A DNA stretch of 64,000 nucleotides from Heterodontus francisci (Eukaryota): assembly GCF_036365525.1 (NCBI RefSeq), contig NC_090383.1:12265384-12329383 (forward strand), read 5' to 3'. Under the pieces are notes generated by a model. The model saw only the letters and a program-made list of their open reading frames with translations, had not been told where the DNA came from and searched no databases. Below, one piece after another: positions 1-42,200 of the stretch. Position 1 is the stretch's first letter. The number at the start of each line of letters is the position of its first letter. Position numbers and translations under genes: made by a program.

Positions 1-606
1 ATTTGCCCTGCTTTTATGTACAGGACATACCTGGCAATTTTCCACATTGCCGGGTAGATGCCAGTGTTGTAGCTGTACAGGAACAGCTTGGCTAGGGATG
101 GGGCAAGTTCTGGAACACAGGTCATCAGTACTATTGCCGGAATGTTGTCAGGGCCCATAGCCTTTGCAGTAGCCAGCACCTTCAGTCGTTTCTTGATATC
201 ACGCGGAGTGAATCGAAGTGGCTAAAGATGCTGGAGACTTCAGGAGGAGGCCGAGATGGATCATCAACTCGGCACTTCTGGCTGAAGATTATTGCAAATG
301 CTTCAGCATTAGCTTTTGCACTGATGTGCTGGGCTCCCCCATCATTGAGGATGGGGATATTTGTGGAGTCACCTCCTCCAGTTAGTTGTTTAATTGTCCA
401 CCACCATTTACGACTGGATGGGGCAGGTCTGCAGAGCTTAGATCTAATACATTGGTTATGGGATCGCTTAGCTCTGTCCTTTGCATGTTGTTTACGCTGT
501 TTGGCACATAAGTGTCCCTGGATTATAGCCTCACCGGGTCGACACCTCATTTTGAGGTATACCTGGTGCTGCTCCTGGCATACCCTCCTGCACTCTTCAT
601 TGAACT
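1..606 (-). mobile_element. Non-LTR retrotransposon fragment (CR1/L2-group 'family A'), ORF2 region upstream of RT
   Basis: Translation ...SSRKWWWTIKQLTGGG...NIPILNDGGAQHISAK..AEAFA..FSQKCRVDDPSRPPP; closely matches the copy at 40380-41020. Confidence 0.85.
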
Positions 607-1620
607 AGTCCAGGTCTCACTGCAGTACAGGAATGTGGGGACAACAACTGTTCTGTACACTAGGACTTTTGTTGACTTACAGAGGTCTTTGTTGTCAAAT
701 ACTTGCTACCATGGTTTGTAGAAGGCTGAGCTGGTGCAGCTGATCCGGTGTTGGATCTCCTCGTCAATGGAGGCCTTTTAAGAGAGGTGGCTGCCAAGGT
801 GTGGGAAATCCTCAACCTATTCCAAAGTCTCTCCTTCAACATATATGGGAGGTGGAATATTTGGCTAACCAGGTATGGGTTGATATATGAGTTTTGTTTT
901 GGCAACATTCAAGGGCAGGCCGAGTCTCTTGTATGCAGAATTGAAGAGATCGAGAATGGCTTGCAAATCTGGAGCAGTGTGGCCAACACTGAAGTCATCC
1001 GCAAACTGTAGATCAGGTATGTCTATGGTGATCAGTTCAGCTTAGGCACAGAAGCAACAGAGGTTGAAGTATTTAACATTCATACCAGTGGGCAGCTGAT
1101 CCTTGATGAGGTGAATTAGTCACTGTCAGGTAGACTGTAAACAACATGGGGGCTATCACACAGCCTTGCTTGACCCCAGTCCAGATTTTGAAGGTGTCTG
1201 TTTCAGATCTCCCACTCAAGACAGTTGCAGTCATAACATCATGGAACAATTGCAGGATTGTGAAGAAGTTTCTTGGACATCCAAATCTTCGGAGACCAAT
1301 CCACAGAGCCTCGTGATTTACTGAATCAGATGCTTTGATCAGGTTGGTGAATGAAATGAAGATTTCCTGGTGTTGTTTTCGACAGTTTCCTGGATTTATC
1401 GGGCAACAAAGACCACGTCGGAGGTTCCGCTGGAAGATCTAAATCCACACTGTGGAAGGATTTCCTCAGTCACAGGAAGTAAGCGATTCAGGAGAATGCA
1501 TGTCAGGATTTTCCCTGCTATGGACAGATGGAAATACCTTGATAGAGTCCACAGGATGATTTATCATCCTTCTTGAAGATAGCTATAATTGTCACATTTC
1601 TGAGGTGGGGGAGTTCTTTC
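607..1620 (-). mobile_element. Degenerate RTE-clade LINE fragment
   Basis: Minus-strand RT C-terminal motifs (EDFPHLGS.., IDEEIQHRI.., TKVLVYRTVVVPTFLYCSETWT) with stops and frameshifts. Confidence 0.7.
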
Positions 1621-1685
1621 TTCCTTTCAAATCTATAGTGAGTATGCAAGTGAGTGATTGAAACAGTGTGTGTGTGTGAGACTGT

Positions 1686-2341
1686 GGCCGGGATTTTATC
1701 CTTGGCGGACAGGAGCTGTCCATCAACTGAAAGGTCAGTGGCGAACCTGCTTCCGCCCAGTCTGGGGAACCGACCTGTATTTTTGCCCGGCCTTTAATTG
1801 TTCTGAGGCGGGACTTCCACCCACTTGAGGCCTGAAGTCCCGCCTAATAGAACTGCCAGCCAATCAGCAGGCTGCCAGCTCTTAATCCCAGCAGCACCAC
1901 CGGGACCGCAACCCAGCCTACAAATGATGTCGGGGAGCCTCAGAATTAAGTTAAGTCTTTATTGCCTCGCCCAGGATGATCGGTCTGACCCCTGCGAGGC
2001 AAAAGTGGTCGACTGGGGGGACAGGGGACATGTTGGGGGTGGCTGGGGCAGCGGGGTCGGCCCTCCATCGGGCACAGGGTGCCTGATCAGGAGGGCACCC
2101 TACCACCCAGGCCATCAGAGAGCCGCCTGCTTTTGTCAGGCGGCTTTTCTCGAGCCTGGGACGCCCGCCTGCCAAGGGTAAAATCCCCGCGGAGGCCCTT
2201 AAGTGGCCACTTAAGGGCCTTGACTGGCCTAGAGCAGGCGGGCTGTTTTTCACCGCCGCCCTGCATAACGTGGCAGCGGAGGTGGGAGCGGGTCAGGAAG
2301 GGCCTCCCCCTGCTCTTTGGGGCGGGGGTAAAACTCAGCCC
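1686..2341. mobile_element. Non-autonomous TIR element (MITE-like)
   Basis: Imperfect TIRs GGCCGGGATTTTAT / GTAAAACTCAGCCC; 3-bp TSD TGT (1683-1685, 2342-2344); GC-rich; inserted into a TG-rich repeat. Confidence 0.7.
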
Positions 2342-2725
2342 TGTGTATGAGACTGTGTGTGATTGACTGCGAGAGTGATTGAGAGTGTGGCGAGTGTGTG
2401 CATGCGTGTGATTGAACAGTGAGCATAAGTATGAGAGTTTGAGTGTGCATGTGTGTGATTTGAATGTGTGTAAGCTTAAGTGTGAGAGTACAAATATGTG
2501 TGTGATTGAGCAAGTGAGCGTATGAGTGTGTATGTGTGACTGAGTGTGTGTGTGAATGAGTACCATTGAATTGTGTTTGAGTGTGGCGAGTGTGTATAAT
2601 TGCACTTGTGTGTGATTTGAGTGTGTATGCTTGTGTGTGCGTGATCGAGACTGAGTGTGTGATTGAATGTGAGTGATTGAGTGAGCCGAGTACGATTGCC
2701 CTTGTGTGTATGAGTGTGTGTTTGA
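2342..2725. repeat. Degenerate (TG)n/(GAGTGT) microsatellite-like tract
   Basis: Runs of tgtgtg/gagtgtgtgtgatt; it continues on the other side of the MITE at ~1640-1685. Confidence 0.85.
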
Positions 2726-2829
2726 ATGAGAGGGAAAGTGGTAGTGGTTGAGCTCAGATGTAAAGTCAGGCAATGTCACTGGTTTGGACAGATCACATGT
2801 CTCTGCGGCTGCCCTGAGTGACTGGGTGA

Positions 2830-3560
2830 GGGCCTCAACTGCTGAGCCCGCGCTCTGTCCTTACCAGCTCCGGCGACCCGGCGGCCGCCGCCCTCTCCTT
2901 CCCCTCCTCTCCGCCGCTCCGGTAAGGGTCGGGCTCGGCGGCTTCCCTTTCCGCGGCCGGTTTCTCAGCTCCGTAGCCGCGAGTGCTGCAGCCTGGCCCG
3001 GGGCCTGGGGCGACCTCCCGCCGGAGGCAGGGGGACCACCAGGGGCTGCGGCTCGGCCCGGGCCGCAGGCGCCTCCTCCCGGCCCCGGATAGGGGGAGGG
3101 TGTGGGCCCCACAGGCAGCCGGCAGCGCGGTGGAGCTCAGCAGCCGGCTGCCCCGCATCTGAACCGAGGGCGGGGACTGGCCGGGGCCGGGCCGAGGCCC
3201 CGAGTCCGCCCCGGCCGTCACTTTGACCGGTCGCTTCGCCGCCCGCCCGACGCTGCCGATCGCCCAGCAGCTTTTCCACATGAACATGGCCGGGGCCCGG
3301 GAAGCGCCTGACGCTTAGTGCGAGCAGCACCGGCCACCGCCGCCTTGCGCCTGCCTCTGTCGACAGCCCTGTGAAGCATCCATTGTGCGATGAGGCCCGG
3401 GCTGGAGGGGAAAGAGGCCCGAAGCGGCCTGAAACAACAAGACCTGCTTAAAGGCACAGGCCGCCCCACACTTTGAGCCGAATAGAAATCTCTTAAAGTC
3501 GCCCCCTCCCCCGGCAAGTGTAGTGCACCAGGCGGCCATTAGGGGGAGCTTCATCTCGGT
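2830..3560 (-). promoter_or_regulatory. CpG island / promoter and first exon of CRLS1
   Basis: Very high GC and CpG density against AT-rich flanks; GC-box-like motifs; ETS-like CCGGAAG at 3297-3305. Confidence 0.75.
2865..3287 (-). CDS. CRLS1: Cardiolipin synthase 1, first coding exon (141 codons); rest of the gene lies off the left edge
   Basis: ATG in ggccATG context at 3287 inside a CpG island. Open Arg/Gly/Pro/Ala-rich frame resembling a mitochondrial presequence (MFMWKSCWAIGSVGRAAKRPVK...GSPEL), ending at a phase-0 CTG|GTAAGG donor. Position downstream of MCM8 on the same strand matches vertebrate synteny. The conserved catalytic part is not in the window, so identity rests mainly on synteny. 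Confidence 0.75.
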
Positions 3561-5135
3561 ATTGGTATTAAAACTGTCCTGAAGAATTAACCAGATCAGC
3601 AAGGCAAGCTGGCTCATCTTTATTTATTTCTTCCAAAGCGATGCCAAGCCCAGCTTCCAGTGTCGCATCTGCTTGTTTCTTTAATGATTCCAGGGTTTTT
3701 GCCTCCACTACACTTCGCTGTGGGTCATCTGCACATGTTGAGCATTCTCTGAAAAATTTCCTGCCACCACTCCTAACATGTCCTTTACAAGAGGAAAATA
3801 CTGTGGCTTTTGGAAATCTAAAATTGAAGCCAAGCACTAGAAATGCTCAGGGCAGGCAATATCGGTGGAGAAATGTTTAGTGACCGAACTAAGTATTTCC
3901 AGCATTTTCTGGTTTTATATCCAAAACAAATTGTATCCCCACGTTCTATTTCCATAGTTAAATGTTAAGTAATATTCTAGGTTAACTTTTTCTATATACC
4001 TACTCCACCCTCCCAACTTCCCACAGCTGAAAAGAAGGCAGAGGCAACATCAGGAGCATTTTGTATTTGATTTTGCATTATGTCAGATGTTTAGGATGAA
4101 CCCAGTTTGAAAATTGGATTTAAGCCAGTCTTGTTTTCTGGGGATCCCATTCATTGTGTAGCCAGTTAAATGTATTGGTTACTATTAAGACAGCATATTC
4201 ATTGGAAAATATACCAACTGGATTTTCATTGATCAAAAGGTTACTTGGTGGCTTGACCAGACCATTTGAAATATTACCATGAAAATTAAGAGCATGGAAT
4301 AGATAATACTTGATCTTTTTGTGTAACTGATAATGGTAATGTATGGAGGAAGCAGTGGTCATTCAGACATTGAGGTTTTCTCAAAATGAGACCTGTCAAA
4401 CTCAGTTTACAGAAGGGAAATGGTTATAACTTGATGACAAATCGCAGTTTTCGTTGCTTGGTTTTAACTCTGCTGGAAGATTTGTGGATGAACTGAGATC
4501 CGTGCCATCCACACAATGTTTAATTTGGAAGGTCAGCCAAGAGATAAACCTGATTGTATTTCCTATTGTTGGATAAGTGACTAGATGTTTGGATGAAACA
4601 ATCAAAAGTGGATATTTTAAACACTTGTAGACATAAACTAATTTTGTTGTTTCAATATTTCACTCATTTGACATCTGTTATTTAACCAGTGCCAGTGAAT
4701 AAATCTAAGATTTTTAACTTGTATGCATTGGCCTGACAGACAATGTCGCATTTTTCAGCTTTGGAGAGAGAACATCTCGTATGTTCTCCAGTGAACTATA
4801 CACTGCACAATTATTGAGTCATACATATAGAAGGGCTACTTGAGTACAAAACTCTTCAATGCTCCTTCATTTTGTACTCAAATTCAAAAATTTTGGTGAT
4901 ATTCTCTAGACAAATACATAGATCATGACAAAATACAAATAGAAAAAAAAAAATGAATTAAGAAACATAAAAGTCTCAACAAAGGTATCAGTCCAAACAA
5001 TGAAAAGGTATGGACACATTTATTCTGTCAATGTTAAAAAAATAACATTTTAATAGCATTTGGTTCATTGCATTTTTCAGAATACAATCTATTAAATGGA
5101 CAGAAACCTCTTTCCATACTTTGTGGTTATAACAG

Positions 5136-5354
5136 CAGCCATAAAGACGGGGCTAAAGTGTGGCGAGTCAAAGAGACTTAGCAGTTGGCAGGAAAAAAGA
5201 CAGGCGCAAGGGGAGAGCCAACTGTGTAACAGCCCCGACAAACAGATTTTTCTGCAGCACCTGTGGTCACCCTAGAATTGGCCTTTATAGTCACCTCCAG
5301 GCACTTACCCATTGTCTCTCGAGATAAGGAGGCCAAAGATAGAGAGATAGATAG
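5136..5354 (+). mobile_element. 5'-truncated RTE LINE 3' end
   Basis: Matches the 3' end of the RTE at 27275-27530; (GATA)-like tail; 7-bp TSD ATAACAG (5129-5135, 5355-5361). Confidence 0.88.
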
Positions 5355-6791
5355 ATAACAGAATTACAGAACCACAGAACATGTCATTTTCAGAACTAAA
5401 AGCTATTTTTGTATAAATGATAATACACAACATTTGAAGTAACATTTCTACACAGTATTGAGGAAACAGAATTACTTAATGGCATAAATGCCTACAAAAG
5501 TAAAAAAAAAGTATGACCCATTTAATATTCCCAGAAATGTTTTCAAATTGGAAAGGATTCTTTTTTGAAAAATTCTCTCTCATTACACATTTGTAGAGAA
5601 GGTCTGGGCAGATCCTTCTCCAGACAATGCTTTAAATCTCCAGAAATCCCACACTTCCACATTGTATTCCTATTTTGTGGCTGAGCACTCAGATGACATA
5701 AAACACAACCTGGCAGTCACGATATTATTGCTTGAATTTCAGAGACCTGACAGCAAAGACGCATTGATAAAGTTCGAACAGGTTTCTTCTGACCCACACC
5801 TATGATTATTAAAGATCTTTCATCTGCATACACTTAAGTCAACTTTTTCCCATTATAAATTCCTAGGTCGCTGTCTATGATGGAAACTGATGTAAAATTC
5901 TCATGCATATAATTACATCTTCCCACCAGTACAGGTGCTGCAATGCCATCAGTGGTAGGGTACAATTACAATGTGACAAGTTTACATAGGGAGTTTCCAT
6001 TATAAATTTACAATATAGGAATTTATAATGACAAATATAAAATGACAGAATTACACAATTCTAAAATGGCAATTAAATTACATCTGCACACTCCGCGCCG
6101 ATTAAACCCGGCCTTTAAACCCACTTTACCCAAGGTTGACAGATAGTCTTGACACCCCCTGCACAATGCCAAGGGGGATAACTTGCTGCTTTTTATTCCC
6201 CACTGTTCACCCAAGTGGCATGCACTGCACCAGGTAAGATGGTGAACTATTTATTTTCACCAAGCCTCTTCCAATGCCGCTAAAGTGCAGGGCATTGCAA
6301 CTCTTCGCTCCCTTCTGCTGTTTCCAAACCCTTTTCCTCAAAATTGCAGCTGACACCAGAACTAGTCATGTGGAGCACACAGGATGTAGCTTCAAGTCCA
6401 CCTTTCCTTGATATACCGAACACCAACATCCTACTCTAGTTCAATTTCCTTATTGAACAATAACTGATATTTTTGTGGACAGGGGAAATAGCAAGAACAA
6501 TTCAATTCCTATCAACACTTTCCAAATATCATAAAATTAAGCAATTTTGGATGGATGTGCGTATTGTCAGAAAGGTTTTTTTAAAGCTAAAATTAGGATT
6601 ATGCTCAAACCTAGTGTTATAAGTAAATAAATATTTAAATTGTCACCCATACTATTTTGCTGATTTGCAACTTGAAACATTTATAACAATCATCTAAGGT
6701 AGATGTCATTTTAGCTCTCCTTGCCTTTGTTTTAGGGGGGGGTAGCACAATTCTGCAAAGGAATTTGCTGTAGAACTCGATCAATCTGCAG

Positions 6792-38595
<31,804 letters not shown>

Positions 38596-39156
38596 TGCAG
38601 ATTATTCCCCTGCCCAAGGTGTACAGAGGGAGCTGGGGGAGGGCTGGCGCCACACACACTGCAAAGTGGGAGGGAGGGGTGTTACCGTGGTTACGGCTCT
38701 CCGAATCAACATGCAAACAGCCAGTTTATTTCCCAAATTCCAGCACCTCCCTTCCACCTTATTTCCAGCCAACCCGTTTGTACAGACGGGCCCCACCGGC
38801 CCGTTCGTTTTTGAATCGGTGCGAACAGCCTCTCGCGCCCGCCGCCGCCGTTGGGGGCGGGGATTGAGTGGTGCGCATGCGTGTGGAGGCGGGCCGTCGC
38901 TTCGGGCCCGCACGCGCCAAGTTGGTCCCCCTTCCGCTTCCGGTAGCGCCTGCTCGGTTCAACCGGTTGCTGGAGGAGCGAGCTCGAGCCAGCGATCAGG
39001 AGCGGGTTAGCCGGTGGCGGTACACCAGACATCGTTTAAATTAGCGGCCGAGAGTTCCTTGTGTTTGTATTTATTTTGGTCCGATAGAGTATTCCCCCCC
39101 CCTGTGGGGGGAGATGGATTGAAGGCTCCTGGCCTGGAGCAGCGCCGGTGTTGATA
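38596..39156. promoter_or_regulatory. CpG-island bidirectional promoter shared by MCM8 and TRMT6
   Basis: 561 bp between divergent ATGs, CpG-rich. Motifs seen: GC box GGGGGCGGGG (38853-38862), NRF1-like TGCGCATGCG (38872-38881), E2F-like CGCGCCAA (38913-38920), tandem ETS/GABP-like CTTCCGCTTCCGG (38931-38943), CHR-like TTTGAA (38810-38815). Confidence 0.85.
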
Positions 39157-39275
39157 ATGTCCGGGCCCGTGGAGGTGCCGGCTGACGGCAGCGGGGCACA
39201 CACAGTCACCGAGGGGGACCATGTGGTCCTGAAGAGAGAAGAGGTGCTTAAAGCCGTGCAGGTGCACAGAGGAAG
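39157..39275 (+). CDS. TRMT6: TRMT6 exon 1
   Basis: MSGPVEVPADGSGAHTVTEGDHVVLKREEVLKAVQVHRG; AG|GTACAG donor. Confidence 0.9.
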
Positions 39276-42200
39276 GTACAGCAGCCTCACTGTCCAGCAA
39301 GTGTGTAAATAGTAATGTGATGAACCATGAGAAAATAGCAGAGAAGCTCCAGACTTTATGGAGTCTTTAAAAAGAAACAGCGAGACATGCACATTGCACA
39401 GTGCTATTCGCCAAAGTTTTGTAGGCTTCAGCTTATTAAATGAAAGTATTTAAATGATGTAGAGAGACGATTAAAAAGTGCAAATTTACTTCGAAATTAA
39501 ATGTATAGTACTAAACTAATCGTTCCATGGTAGGAATTATTGGTAGATGTCGCAGGTTTGGAAGGTGCTGCTGAAGGAGCCTTGGTGAGTTACTGCAGTG
39601 CATCTTGCATATGGTACACACTGCTGCCACTGTGCGCAGTGGTGGATGTTGAATGGGGTGCCATTCAAGCAGGCGGCTTTGTCCTGCTTCTCGAGTGTTG
39701 TTGGAGCTGCACCCATCAGGCAAGTGGAGTGTATTCCATCACACTCCTGACTTGTGCCTTGTAGTTGGTGGACAGGCATTGGGGAGACAGGAGATGAGTT
39801 ACCCACTGCAGAATTCCCAGCATCTGATGAAGCAACTGAAGATGGTTGGGCCTAGGACACTATCCTGAGGAACTCCTGCAGTGATGTCCTGGGGCTGAGT
39901 TGATTGACCTCCAACAACCATAACCATCTTCCTTTGTGCTAGGTATGACTCCAACCAGCAGAGAGTTTTCCCCCGATTCCCATTGACTCCAGTTTTGCTC
40001 GGGCTCCTTGATGCCATACTTGGTCAAATGCTACCTTGATATCAAGGGCAGTCACTCTCCCCTCACCTCTGGAGTTCAGCTCTTTTGTTCATGTTTGAGC
40101 CAAAGCTGTAATGATGTCAGGAGCTGAGTGGCCCTGGCAGAACCCAAGCTGAGTTTCAGTGAGCAGGTTATTGCTGTGTAAGTGCCACTTCATAGCATGG
40201 TCGACGACACCTTCCACCAGTTTGCTGACGATCTTCTTTGGCCTCCTTATCTCGAGGGACAATGGGTAAGCGCCTGGAGGTGGTCAGTGGTGTGTGGAGC
40301 AGTGCCTGGAGTGGCTATAAAGGCCAATTCTAGAGTGACAGGGTCTTCCACAGGTGCTGCAGAAAAATTTGATCAAGAGTAGACTAAAAGGGCGGTAATT
40401 GGCCGGGTTGGATTTGCCCTGCTTTTGGTGTGCAGGGCATAGCTGGGCAATTTTCCCCATTGCCAGATAGATGCCAGTGTTGAAGCTGTACTGGAGCAGC
40501 TTGACTAGGGGAGTAGCTAGTTCTGGAGCACAAGTCTTCAATGCTATTGCCAGAATGTTGTCAGGGCCCGTAGCCTTTGCAGTATCCAGTGCCTTCAGCT
40601 GTTTCATGATATCACATGGAGTGAATCGGATTAGCTGAAGACTGGCATCTGTGATGCTGGGGACCTCAGGAGGCCGAGATGAATCATCCACTCGGCACTT
40701 CTGGCTGAAGATGGATGCAAATGCTTCAGCCTTGTCTTTTGCACTGATGTGCTGGGCTCCCCCATTGTTGAAGCTGGGGATATTTGTGAAGCCTCCTCCT
40801 GTCAGTTGTTTAATTGTCCACCACCATTCACGACTGGATGTGGCAGGACTGCAGATCTTAGATCTGATCTGTCGGTTGAGGGATCACTGAGCTCTGTCTA
40901 TTGTAGGTTGCTTCAGCTGTTTGGTATGCAAGTAGTCCTGTGTTGTAACCAGGCTGACACCTCATTTTTTAAGTATGCCTGGTGCTGCTCCTGACATGCC
41001 CTCCTGCACTCTTCATTGAACCAGATTTGGTTCCCTGGCTTGATTTGTAATGGTAGAGTGGGGGATATGCTGGGTCATGAGGTTACAGATTGTGGTTGAA
41101 TACAATTCTGCTTCTGCTGATGGCCCACAGTGCCTCATGGGTGCCCAGTTCTAGATCTGTTCGAAATCTGTCTCATTTAGCACAGTGGTAGTGCCACACA
41201 ACACGATGGTGGGTACCCTCAATGTGAAGACAGGACTTTGTCTCCGCAAGGACTTGCGGTGGTCACCCTACCAATACCGTATTGGACAGATGTATCTGCA
41301 GCAGGTAGATTGGTGAGGACGATGTTACGTAGGTTTGACCTGGAAGAGATCATAATATGTTTTGCAACTAGCAACCTGATAGTGCTAATTTCAGGCCATT
41401 ATTGTGCATGACCTTTCACTGAAATATGTCTTTGTATAACTACATGGCTTTAAAAGAGTAAGGTGAAGACTAGAACTTTAACCCATCATAATCTGTAAAA
41501 ATATTTGATAATGAAGCATCCCTTTTAAATCTTGAATTTGCCTGTTTTCCTCTGGGAAATTAAAAGGCGATCAAGCCATGCTAATGAGTTCAATTTCAAA
41601 TTTGGTACATCGACAGTCCTATTGATAATTATTGTGAGCAATTATTCATGGCACAATTGTTAATTTTTATGGGTATGTTTAGTACTAATCGTTATTACTA
41701 CCTTCTCGTGAAAATGTGTAGGATCACTAGCAGTAACAGAAACTAAGGTGCAAATTGCAGATCAGCAAGATAATAAGATTTTAAGATAATTTGATCTATC
41801 TTTGCTATTCCATCCAGAAAGACCCTACAGTGCTCTCATCATTGCATCCAACTGCAACTTAAATTATTCCATCATGCTACCTAGAACCCAGTGTTTGTGC
41901 TAATAATTTTGTTATATGCAGAAAAAATTCCAGATACCAGTCCTAAATCTGCTTTTAATCAGTTTAAACCTATGTTTCCTTCCCACTCACAGCAATAACT
42001 TGTGTTTACACAGTCCCCTTAGTGTAAAATGCCCCAAGCTGCTTCAGAGGAGCCTTCTCAGCCAACATCTGATGCTGAGCCACATATTGGGACAGGTGAC
42101 AGGTCAGCGAGGTAGGTATTAGAGTGTTTTAAAGCAGAGAGAGGGGAGCGATGAAGAATTTTAGGGACCAAATTCCCAAAGCTTAGGGCTATACAGCTGA

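Noticed and set aside
2087-2779. 230-aa His/Thr/Ser-rich ORF on the minus strand
   Set aside because: Translation artefact of the (CA)n-like microsatellite plus the MITE; no gene structure.
2965-3330. Alternative frame starting 'MLLALSVRR', superficially like the human CRLS1 N-terminus
   Set aside because: Non-ATG start and a stop at 2965 before the splice donor; only the 3287 frame reaches the phase-0 GTAAG donor.
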